A stretch of DNA of 53,218 nucleotides, the filler included, from Sluysia triapertura (lineage: Eukaryota): the NCBI GenBank assembly GCA_046118255.1. It is 4 parts of 4 records of this genome, joined end to end, with 100 filler letters (N's around TTAATTAATTAA, not from the genome) between each part and the next. Parts side by side here need not be neighbours in the genome. Positions count along the whole stretch, not along the records: positions 29,781 to 42,219 come from JBJNIA010109424.1; positions 42,320 to 53,218 come from JBJNIA010191784.1; 2 more parts are not named here. One strand, given 5' to 3'. Below the pieces are notes generated by a model, which was given only the letters and a program-made list of their open reading frames with translations, had not been told where the DNA came from and searched no databases. The translations under genes were made by a program, and so were the position numbers. Numbering within the stretch: position 1 is the first letter of the stretch; each line of letters begins with the position of its first letter. Shown here piece by piece: positions 38,261 through 49,484 of this stretch.

Positions 38261-39169
38261 CAAACAAACAAAAAATTAATTTAATTTGAAGTTAAAAAAT
38301 TAATTTTTATTAAAATTAATAAGAATATTTTAAATTTAATACAATTAATTTCCAAAACTCGTTAAAAACTAGTTCATTTTAACAAAAGAAAAATTCATCG
38401 GTGTGGATAACTTCTAGTATTTCCATTCCTCTTCTATATTAATAGGCTTCATGAATTCTTCTACCATTCTTTTGTTTAAACATAATCAAATGTGGAGTAA
38501 ATTGAACGTTAATTAAGTCATTTATTGATTTAATGATTTGCCCAAAATATAACCCAAATCGATTTAAAAAATAATTAAATAAATAAAAAAGAATAAATTT
38601 ATATTCTTGAATGTGGAGTTTCCTTCCTTATTGTTTCTACTTCTTGTTCTTTCTCCATAATGCTTCTTCCATAATAATTTCTATCTATTGTTAGATACAC
38701 TTCTAAAAATTTTGATAGTAAATTTAAACTGCTTTAACAATTTTATTAAATAATACCAATGGGAAGTACTCCATTATAATATTCAATATATAGTTACAGT
38801 TTAGTAGTATTAATGTATGTGGTATTATACATACTGTAGGAAAATTACAATAAAGTTACACACGCACTTCGTCACATATGAACATTTCTTACACAAATAA
38901 AACACTAAATAAATTATCTGATTCACACAAAACACATACAATCATAACGCACAGTTATCATGACTTACATTTATTATTATCATAACTTTTATTGTAATAA
39001 TAATTCTCAAAATAATTTCATATAATAATTCTTGAAATAATATCGTAATACTATTAATATTAACGTACTAAAATACATAATAATCCTATCATAAATTTAA
39101 TTCTATTATTGTTGTCGTTATTACTTCTGTTATTTTTACAATTAATTTTCCTTCTTTTTATCATCTTGT

Positions 39170-40190
39170 TTTTTTGATTATATATGCATGTATTTATGTA
39201 CGTGTTGTTATGATTCACATTTTATTGCTTCTGACTTTAAAATCATCAGTATTATCTCTTCAACTTTCCGATACCAAAATTATTGAATATCTTATTCACG
39301 TAGTTCAAAAACATAAAGATAACGATGATGGTTGTCATAGTAAGTGTTCTTCAAAATTATCCAAACAAATCGCATAAACATAAAATTAAAGAAATTTCTA
39401 AACATCTTAAAAGCATGATAAAAAGAAATTTTCAAATGAAAGAGAAAATTAAAAAACATAAGCATTCTAAAAGTAATTCTAGTTTTCTAGAACGAAGAAA
39501 ACGAAATCGTCGACACACTCGAGATCATCACTTATTCACAAACGTAATCGAATCTCTAAATCTCCTCTTATAGAATATATCAAAATGAAAAAGGATATAT
39601 TTTGTTAAGAAAATAATTGAATTGAAAGTAAAATAATAAATGAAAATACTGAAATTGAAAATATCTTATTCATATCGCAAATCTTTACCAACAAATGACA
39701 CATATTATTTAACGAATTCCAAAATTAATGTAAATTTTCAAATAAGTCTTGTAGATTTGTGCAATTAATCTATTTTCAGCTTTTGAAGAAAAACTATTCG
39801 ATGATGTTCGAAAGAAAATAAAGTTTACAGATTCGTTATTATCTTTAATATTTTCGGTTATGTGCGAATGCCAACGAAAAAAGAAGTATAATATTTTATA
39901 AATTTCGGTAATTCATCTCGAAGTAGATTTGAAGGCGAACTTAATTTAGGAAGTGAAGGTTGAATAAATTTTATTATAATCCCAAGTTATTCTTTCATTA
40001 TACCACCCGAAAAGAAAGCTTTTATTAATGAATTCAATTAAATGAATTTAGTATATTTACGTCAAGATAATGGAAATAATCTAACTGGTTTAATAACATA
40101 TATGCAACCTGATGTTTTGAAAAATATAGCTAGTTATTATCGAAGTAGTAATAGTAAAGAATTTAACGTAACATCTTTAAATTTCTTTAT
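39170..40190 (+). pseudogene. Decayed intronless ORF(s) of unknown, possibly TE or viral, origin
   Basis: Consecutive plus-strand frames broken by few stops or shifts. A K/H/R-rich block (ERRKRNRRHTRDHH) is followed by NLFSAFEEKLFDDVRKKIKF and INFGNSSRSRFEGELNLGSEG*INFIIIPSYSFIIPPEKKAFINEFN*MNLVYLRQDNG. Confidence 0.4.
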
Positions 40191-42219
40191 ATCGTTTTCT
40201 TCAACTACATTACTGCTGTTGCCACCACCATTGATGCTGCGGCGGTTTCCATGGTCCTCTCCATAGTGTCTGCAACTAAAAACATAACAAAAATAATATA
40301 AAAAATAATAATAATTAAATGATGATAAATGATTATTTTACGAAAGTATCTTTCTCAAATATGAAACATGTCTTAAGAATGTGGTTAATTATGGTTTTAT
40401 GCCTTCAAGTTACATTTATTGTAGTCACAAACAAACCTGGTTATCTTTTTACCTTGTTTATCGAGTTAATAATATTGTTATTTTAAATTTTGTTTATTAA
40501 TTAAGTTAATCATAAATAATTATAATAAACGATGGTTATATCTTTTTAGTTGTTTTTGTCTTAGTTATTAAAACTATTATTATAGATGTTGATTATTTAT
40601 ATCAAATTTCAACCTATTATACACTAACTCTACAACTCGCTTTATTAATACTTGATTTGGTATTGTTGTATTTTTAATAACTGTTGCACTAAATTTTGTA
40701 GTTTAGAAATTGAAGAAATAGGTATTGAACGATTTGTTGGTGGTCTAATAACATTATTTTTAATTACTTTAATAGAAGACTTCATTAATTTTAAACGTAA
40801 TTATCAATGGCATAACATTGATTAAAAATGTGCTACCGAAACGCAAATCGAACGAAGTGATAAAAAACGGATTAAGTGGATTGAAAGATTCACGCCGACA
40901 TTGGTACAGGGAGAATATTGGAAGAATTTGTCAGTTTGCCAAACTAAGAAGTTGATCTACATACCTTTGATACCTTTTTCATTAATCAAATTTTTTGTGT
41001 TAATATAAAATTGTTGTGTTATTTATCTAGTGCATCATTTACTAAATTTAGTGTTGTTTCAAAGGGCCCATTTTAATTGCTAAACTATGCTTCTTTTCGC
41101 TAATAAATGAAATTAGACTAAATCTAAGTTTATTAATACCAATTAACATAAATCATTGAATCCATTCACATACACAAATAAACTTTTATTCTAAATAATG
41201 ATAATAAAAACTATTTTACAAATTGATATTTCAGAGCATTTTGAACCATCAAAATTTAAAATGCAATAGTTTACTATTATTGGATAATAACCAAACCTTT
41301 TCAGTTTAATGAATTCTCATTGGCAATGATATGTCCTATGAAATAATTTGGTCGAATTGTTTAATCAATTTAAATTTTACTTGCGGATTTAGCCAATAGT
41401 TAGATTCGATTAAAATCTATGAGTTCACCTACGATCATGGATTTACAAGAAACAGCTAGTCCATAAGATTTTATTGTATTATGAAATTTCGATATGTATG
41501 AATTTTTATTGTATGAATTTATATTATTTATGCTTCTGACCTGAAAAGGTCTTAATGATTAATAGTACTATTCTGTTTTTAAAAATTTATTATTATTATT
41601 ATTAATAATAATAAAATTATATTATTTCACACAAATCACATAAAATACAAGAAATTTTTTAACGTTTAGGTTTTTAAGCTTACTGCACGACTGCGCCACA
41701 AATTGGTACGTGAAATAAATTACAATAGCTTTTTCAAGTCAAAATAGATTAATATACAAGTATTTGATCCACAACATTCTTTTCGAATTGATTCAGAATA
41801 TCAACCAATCATACTTGGAGATAGATTCGATTTAATATAAATTTTTCTTTTTGATTCAGCTAATGTAAAAATTAAGTGGAAATAATTTATGAATTACTAT
41901 ATAAATATTATCTTTCTAATATCGTATACAATTTACCAGCTATTCATATATTTCGTCATATACTTTCTCACTTCGAATTAAGTTTGTTAATCAGATACAT
42001 CGTTTTCTATATTATTAACTTTAATAGTACTTTTATTATTTATTTAAATATTATTTATTTTTATTTAAACCTAACAGAGCCAATTGAAAAATGTGTACAA
42101 TTTGGGATAAAATGCTTATCTAATATATAAAAATGTGCCACTTACATTGAAAATTTTAATTTGTAAATAAATATATTTGATTTAATTACTTTTCTAATAT
42201 TACTTTTCTCTTTCTTACG

Positions 42220-42319
42220 NNNNNNNNNNNNNNNNNNNNNNNNNNNNNNNNNNNNNNNNNNNNTTAATTAATTAANNNNNNNNNNNNNNNNNNNNNNNNN
42301 NNNNNNNNNNNNNNNNNNN
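42220..42319. other. Artificial contig linker
   Basis: N44-TTAATTAATTAA-N44. Confidence 0.97.
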
Positions 42320-42506
42320 AAAAGTAGATCACGATAAAATTATACTTGATATACTAACTATTGAAATTATTAAGGTTTAAACTGATCAAGATAATAGTTA
42401 GTTAAATATTTAACAATTTTTAAAGACGCAACAGTTTAATAAATAATCCGGATTTAACTTAGAAGTTATCAACAAACCCAATTCACAAAACAATGGCGCC
42501 GATTGT

Positions 42507-43812
42507 ATGTCGCGGCTGACAAACGTAGATGATAAAGGAAATATTAATTTAATACAAATTATGGCAATATCGAGTAAGGTTCAAGACACTAAGGAAATTA
42601 TCAAACATCAAAGGGAAGATGAAGAAATTTCATCTATCATTCATTCATTAGCGAATGAGACGCTAGTCGAAAATCAAGCAAAGAGATTGGCCATTACGGA
42701 CGGAATTCTTCGATTTAGAGATTCGAAGGAAGATTGGAAAGCGATAGTCCCCAAATCATTAATAACACGAATTCTAATACAATTACATAATGATCAGCTG
42801 GGTGGACATTAAGGAAAACATTATCACGCATAAAAGATAAATATTATTGGAAGGTCATGGAAGAAGATATTAGAAAACGGTGTAAGAATCCTTCATTTTG
42901 TTGTAGAAGAAAGAACATAGGAGTTAGACAAAGGTACCACTCAAACCAATGCCGGTACCATTATCACCCATGGAATTTACAGCAATGGATATAATGGGAC
43001 CATTACCAGAAACTATTAATGGAAATAAATATATTATTGTATTTGCTGACTACTTAACTAAATGGCCTGAGGCATACTCATTACCAAATCAAAAAGCCGA
43101 AACAGTTGCACAAGTACTTGTTGAAAAAATAATATACAGATAAGGTACGACACGGAAACTATTAAGTGATCAAGGCACAAATTTCACTAGTGATGTAATT
43201 AAATCAGTGGCCAAAATATTTGATATTCTAAGAATTTACACATCACCTTATCACCCACAAACTGACGGATTAGTTGAGAGATTTAATCGAACATTGATAA
43301 ACATGCTTCAATCTTATGTTAACGACAGACAATCAGATTGGGACCTCTATATTGCACCATGTTTATTTGCATCCAGCAACAAATTTTACTCCATTTTATC
43401 TAATATCATGCGTCACTCAAATATGCCAGTGGATTTAGAATGGATAACACCTACATCACAATACGTGGGCACGCTTGAATATGTAACAATAATGCACGAG
43501 AGACTACAAGATGCGTGGAAGCGTGCGGGTTTACAAATAAAATGTTCACAAGAGGCATATAAGGATGCATACGATAAGAAAGCTAAAGAGCACAATTTTC
43601 AAATTGGTGATAAAGTACTCATCGAATATCCACTAACTAAACCAGGTCAATCACGAAAGTTACATAAACCACCGATACCAATATATTTGTTAAAGATATA
43701 ACCAAACTAGACTCTGAAACTTTTGTAGTACATGCTAACAGATGTAAGATAGCACCAAGCGACGAATACCAATTAAGAAATAGAACTCTTAAGAAATCAA
43801 AATTAAAAGGAT
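42507..43812 (+). pseudogene. Gypsy-type integrase (HHCC + DDE core + C-terminal region), with stops and frameshifts
   Basis: Motifs LHNDQLGGH, AMDIMGPLP, DYLTKWPEA, LLSDQGTNF, TSPYHPQTDGLVERFNRTL, YDKKAKEHNFQIGDKVL and VVHANRCK..YQLRNR. The GPY motif appears deleted. Confidence 0.95.
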
Positions 43813-44220
43813 GAAAGACCGCAATAAACCATCATCTTCAGTTCAGTCACTGATTGATAAACAAGTAGTAATGATGTATCATGTATCAAGTGGAATACGT
43901 ACACATATTTTCCAAAACGTACGATTTAATGAGAGATGGATCCAAGCAGTCATAGATACAGGAGCAACCACATGGGTGATACATTACAATTTTTTGACTA
44001 CATGGGAAGTCGCGTTCTTAGATCCATCGCGAACAATAATTTATAACGTGAAGCGGACACCGATAAATAATACATGGACATATTAGATAAGCGAATAAAT
44101 GAATCTCCTTTTGATTTAATAATTGGTTTTGATATACTTGATAAATTAGATGACACAGTCATAAATTACAAGTATGGTCTTATAAAATTCCCTCAAGGTG
44201 CACAATTAATATTTCCACAA
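43811..44220 (+). pseudogene. Retropepsin-like aspartic protease domain downstream of the integrase
   Basis: IQAVIDTGATTWVIH carries the catalytic DTG at 43955. After a frameshift, SPFDLIIGFDILDKL...INY gives the C-terminal IIGxD motif. Confidence 0.85.
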
Positions 44221-44246
44221 GTTGTTACTCCATCTTTCAATACTCC

Positions 44247-44247
<1 letters not shown>

Positions 44248-44301
<54 letters not shown>
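44248..44301 (+). repeat. In-frame (AAT)n microsatellite encoding poly-Asn inside the retrotransposon ORF
   Basis: About 18 AAT units within ORF 44074-44520. Confidence 0.95.
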
Positions 44302-44302
<1 letters not shown>

Positions 44303-44514
44303 TTGCTCCGATTCACATCCCGACATCTGATATCCAACCTATTAATCCAGTTCCGTTACCGAGTTACTTGTCTGATTTGTTTTGGGATGAGTCATCCACA
44401 GACTCATCATTGTCAGCAGTAATGAATGAATTTTCGGATTCATCATCATCAGGAATTGGCTATGTTGATACAGTAATGCTAACATTTGCTAAGCCGAGTA
44501 ATAGTAAGAAATCA

Positions 44515-45600
44515 TGGTGAACAACAATACTAATAGTTATACTAATTTATACTCTTATCTCTAATTAATTTTGCTAAAGCTATAGATATTGAAGAAGATG
44601 AGGAATATAGAAATTTATACGCCGCTATTAATAACGGGAAAGAACAAAAGATATCAATTACAAACATTTACAATGAGTATTGGGAAATAAAATTTTCTTC
44701 AAAGAAAATGTTTTTAAGACATATATTTGATATATACTTCATTTATTTAGAACCATTATTAATAGGTAAACCACATCACATAGATATGATCCCGCGAAAG
44801 TTTACAATACGCATATAGACCAATGATAATAGCATTCGCATTAGATACTAAACGAAACACTAGAAAAGTGCAAAGCTGGATAGGAAATGTTACAACAAAT
44901 AAATATATGAATAATTGTATGTCTGAATTTAGAAAAAAAACAATCCATCAGACAGTATGTTGTCTAACGTTTTTACATTGATATATAAACTAATGTCAAT
45001 ATCTATAATCTTAATAGTAGTATATGCACTTTGGATCATATTACATGTAGTTGATTTTAGTAGAAAGGTATATGTATTCACAGTTAATAAAAATCTAATA
45101 CCTTTAACGTTATTCATGATAATTACTACAATACATTGTAATACATATGAAGTACAAATCTACGAAACCGAATATCTCGAATTTCGAAATTATGACACAG
45201 AAGTAAGAATTAAAGTGTTACAGAATGACATTTATGAGATTTATGTGTTACAGGAAGTGTTACAGAATGAGATTTATGTGCCCAAAACCAACTCGACTTA
45301 ACTTTAGTTATTGGAACGTTCAAGAATATTAAATTAATAATTTAGTCAACCCCATTGCTATATGCACTGATTTTTTGGATAATGAAGAACGGCACATTAT
45401 TAATAGAATATATGTGGCACCAGCAAAATTAGAACAATTGTATTTTGCATTAAAGGGAACTCGAAAATATTTATCGTTATCAGAAATGTTGAAAAATGAT
45501 CCAGCCTTATTGATATTAATATTAGCAACAATACTATTTATTATCGCTTTATCGATAGTTGTACTGATAATTATTATGTTTGTAGATATCCAACTTCAAT
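44515..45600 (+). pseudogene. Membrane polyprotein-like (env-position) ORF relic of the LTR element
   Basis: Hydrophobic segments TTILIVILIYTLIS..AKA|IDIEED, SISIILIVVYALWIILHVV, LIPLTLFMIITTIHC|NTYE and ALLILILATILFIIALSIVVLIIIMFV, separated by ~100-130-aa polar domains. Confidence 0.55.
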
Positions 45601-45690
45601 TACCTTTCTTTTTGTTCTTCCCCCAGCTCCTTTTCCCTCTTCACTTTCTAATCCCTTTACCAATGACACCGCTAATTTGAAGCGCTGGAC

Positions 45691-46351
45691 ATGCCTTTTG
45701 GTTGGTTACGAGATGTGATGAACTTGTCTAATCACAACTTCATCCCTTTCTCTACCGATGACATTTTCACACGTGCAAGACAGAGGTTAAAAATCGTCTA
45801 CCGCGTATGTCCAAAGTTCACATGCAAGCAATTGGCATCTGAACTTGTTACCGTGTTAGATTACATTAGGGAAAGAGACCTCACTTTCATCCAACTTTGT
45901 AACGACCCTCTTCCTACTCTTTTCTAAGCCTGTTACTAAACCTTTTCCTACTCAAACACCACGGTTTGCTGCTGATATTCATTCTCCAAAAACTTCTCCC
46001 AGTTCACGACAAAATCAGTCAGCATCGTCATCTTCATTTATCAATCCAAGTAAAGAACAGAAATCATCATTATCATCATCGTCATCCGTCGTTCAAGAAA
46101 TTAAACAGCAACCGGTATCATCATCATGACCTTCGTCTGTCTTCGTCAAACTCCAAACCCCAAAAAGAAAATCACCCAACCTTCCAAAAGAACATCAATA
46201 CCTTTCCCAAAATCAAAACCCACTAGATTCTCCTCCACTGGAAGATGTGCCTGTACATCGTCCATGGAAACGATCTTATTACGGCACACTCACAGATTCG
46301 CTACCACCACATTGGCTCAAAGATGAAGAAGTCGACCTAGACTCCTACTGA
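45691..46351 (+). pseudogene. Terminal accessory ORF of the LTR element: small N-terminal domain plus Ser/Pro-rich tail
   Basis: MPFGWLRDVMNL...LCNDPLPTL continues, after one frameshift near 45920, as SKPVTKPFPTQTPRF...SSSSSVVQEIKQQPVSSS*PSSVF...HRPWKRSYYGTLTDSLPPHWLKDEEVDLDSY*. Confidence 0.55.
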
Positions 46352-46412
46352 TCCTGTAGTCATTTTAATTTATTTCGAGATTTGCGGACGAATCTTCCCG
46401 TTGGTGAAGTAT

Positions 46413-47090
46413 TGTGAGGACGCTGAGATCAATTATAGATCAATTGTAGATTTAAAACAATTCGACTGAATTTTATAACAATCATTTTATTTTATTTGAC
46501 AAAATATTTACTTTTATTATAAAATAATAATAATCAATAAATTAAATTGAAATTAACCTCGTTTAAATGGAAATAATTAAATTAAAATTAAATAAGTTAT
46601 TTTAATTTAAATCAATTTAATTTAATTATGATCTAATTTTAAATTTTAATTTAATTTTAATCAATTTCATAAATTTTGTTTAACTTGGCAAACATGCACT
46701 ATGGCTGCTGAAAATTTTATATATAAACCAGTATGTTTAGTAAAATTTTCAGAACAAGTCATTTGCTGTGAAAATCTGTCGACGTCCATCAATCAATTTC
46801 CATGACGTATCAAGTAAGATTTTTTCATGATAACTTTACCTTCTCATCGTAACTTGGAGAAGTAAAATCTACTCAAAATCTTAACAAATTTAATTTAATT
46901 TCTTAATACTTATTTGTATTATTGACAGTTTATAATTGTCTAGCATATCTGACCATAATTAGTATTTGCTGTGAAATTAGTTGGATCATTTGTCGTAATT
47001 GTTTTATTATAATAATGACGATTTGTTTTGTAACTGACTAAAATAATTTATTTCACCCGACTTTAAAGATGAAAGATTACTAAGCTTACA
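46413..47090 (+). repeat. Putative 3' LTR (~680 bp)
   Basis: Starts TGTGAG right after GGACGAATCTTCCCGTTGGTGAAGTAT (Gypsy PPT-region-like) and ends CTTACA (imperfect terminal inverted repeat). A TATA-like TATATAAA lies at ~46720. No second LTR is available to confirm the ends. Confidence 0.6.
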
Positions 47091-47365
47091 TATGTAAATG
47101 TGTTTAAAATATTAATTGCTATTAATTATCATTTCATTTCGTGATTCGTCAATAACTCAGAACTTTGTAGAAATGTATCAGAATTAACTAAGAACTGAAC
47201 ACATAAAGAAAGACACGATGCCATTGTAATGGACCAAATAAATTAACACAAAATAATCGAGATTAAACAAGTTAGGGAGTTAAAAATAAATTTAAAATAA
47301 ATAAATAAAAATCAATACTAATTACATAATCTGGCAAGCATAAAATTAGTAAGAATAATTTGATA

Positions 47366-49484
47366 TTATTTGACCTCTGCTTTAGAAATATAATTCATTA
47401 GAGCTCGAATGTCATTCAGACACTCTTTGGCTGCTTTTTGACATTCTGGAGTAATCGGTGAAGCCATACTTAAAAAACCATGAGCTAAATTTGGCATTAC
47501 TTTAAGTTCGATTTTTTGATTCGGTGCAACTTTTGAAACTCGTTTACATAACTCTATGGAATCATCCAATAATGGATCGTATTGACAAGCCTGCAATAAT
47601 AATAATAGTAATAATGAAATAGTAATCATAATGATAATAATAATAACAATAATAATAATGGAGAACTTAATTTAAATCAAAGTAAAACTTGTCGTAATGT
47701 CAGCAGTTTCAAAGAAAGAACCTAAAAATCTAAAAACAAAAATAAATACAAACGCTTTTATCTTTAGAAGAAAATAAAATAAAATGTGAAATAGAACTCG
47801 CTACATTTAGTTATCTATCAGAAAAAGCTACGGATTGGATGGAATCGTCTCATTAACGAAAAATCGCTATATTCTAATAAGATAGAAATGAAAAGAGAAT
47901 ACTAACATAGGGAAATAAACACGAGCTAATACAATGTGGATGTAAAGACTAACGTTATATCTTAGAAGGAAATTAGCATTTGTATGGAATAATTGGTCAT
48001 ACAATAGAATTAAATATTAAATATAAAAAGATTAATAATCAAAAAAGATAAAATGAAATTCAAAAATATTATTGGCCACAGTAAAAATAGTACTTAAAGA
48101 AATCAGATAAACAAAACCGTGCAATAATTAATTGGATTGTTGAATTTAATTCTACTTGAATTTTATATAAATTTAAACGTATTTTGTAGTGGTTATGTCG
48201 CCAATTTTTATATACATCAAATTATATCGTTGTGGTTATGTATTTTCAACATTATAATTATCACTACGTATTTTGTTCACTCATATGCGCCTTGATAATA
48301 AACATACATATTTTCGCGGATTTACTATGTTTATTTGTGTTAACGTTTTGAATGCTAATTAAGTGTGACGGATTCTTGATTTCTCATTTCATATTTGATT
48401 GCTAATTTCTGATTTTCAGTATCTGGATCTTGTAAAAAAATAATTTTAAAAAATGCAAATAAATTTCAAACAATAAACTATTTTTATTGATAAAAATCTC
48501 TTATTAATTCTAAAGTTTTCCACATAAATTCATTTAAAAAATCATTTTTGATAACCATCATTGTTTTACATCTTTTGTTTTTAGTCCAATAAGATTCTTT
48601 GTTTCAAGTTTGAACACCTGTAATTGGTTCCACAAAATTAACTGAATCATTAACTTCATCGCTATCAATAATGGATGCTGAAAGCCTCCTTACCGTCAGT
48701 TCATAAAAAAATACCTAACATGAGCAAAATTTAGTTCAAATAATTTAAAAATAATTTATACATCAGCAGGATAAGAGGTTTGTTTTGCGGATATAGTGGT
48801 AATACCATGAACTCCTCTACAGCTCTTATGGACGTTCATGTATTAGGTCAATAAACAAATATTGTTTAGTAACATTGTTGACAATCAACATCCAATGATT
48901 GTCCACATTAACGACCCAATACAAATGTTGGAACTTGGCTAATTTATACAGGGTCTGACAATCCACTGTTATGAATAACTGAACGGTTCAGTCCAAAATA
49001 GTAATATTCCATTTAAACAGCACTAAAAAGTGAATTTGATTATTGTAAAATAGTTAAATTAATATAAACTCACGAAGACAGTCATTGGTGGAAATTTTGC
49101 CAATAGAGAATCTTCTGCAAGTAGAGGACTTTTAATGTGATCTTGTTCTAAATATACATTTTCTATTAATTTCGCAGGACTGAGTGAACTTTCTTTAGAA
49201 TAAAACAATATTTCACCACGACTTCTTATTGTACCTGTTTCTACTGTTAAATATATATACATATTTTAAATCAACCAAATAATTTTATTATAAATTAATA
49301 TTCAACATCGAATAAAAACGGTTTTATAAATATTTCAAATTTAACTAACAAAATTTATGATTAGAACGAGATTTTCGATTTTTATATCTTTTTGATTTTG
49401 ATATATTTTCGTTCTCATTGTGATCAGATTCCGAATTTCCAGAAATTGTACGAACTAAGTTCTCCTCATCTATGCCAGCATACG
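47366..49484 (-). CDS. LIPE: Hormone-sensitive lipase-like alpha/beta hydrolase, last three exons (49484-49350, 49243-49074, 47590-47366)
   Basis: Phase-consistent GT-AG splicing gives YAGIDEEN...KSPLLAEDSLLAKFPPMTVF-ACQYDPLLDDS...LAHGFLSM...EVK*. This matches HSL motifs AYAG, SPLLAPD..L..LPP, DPMLDDS (catalytic Asp) and HGFL (catalytic His). Confidence 0.9.
48760..48980 (-). pseudogene. Ulp1/C48 cysteine-protease-like relic within the lipase intron
   Basis: KFQHLYWVVNVDNHWMLIVNNVTKQYLFID resembles the Ulp1 N..HW.L.V.....Y.D segment. The downstream Q..DCG region is degraded. Confidence 0.5.

Larger units (their letters stand above)
42450..47090 (+). mobile_element. 3' half of a decayed Ty3/Gypsy LTR retrotransposon with extra post-integrase ORFs
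   Basis: Contains the RNase H end (NNGADCMSRL), integrase, ~2.6 kb of additional ORFs, a PPT-position sequence and a TG...CA LTR. The 5' part is absent from this contig. Confidence 0.9.
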
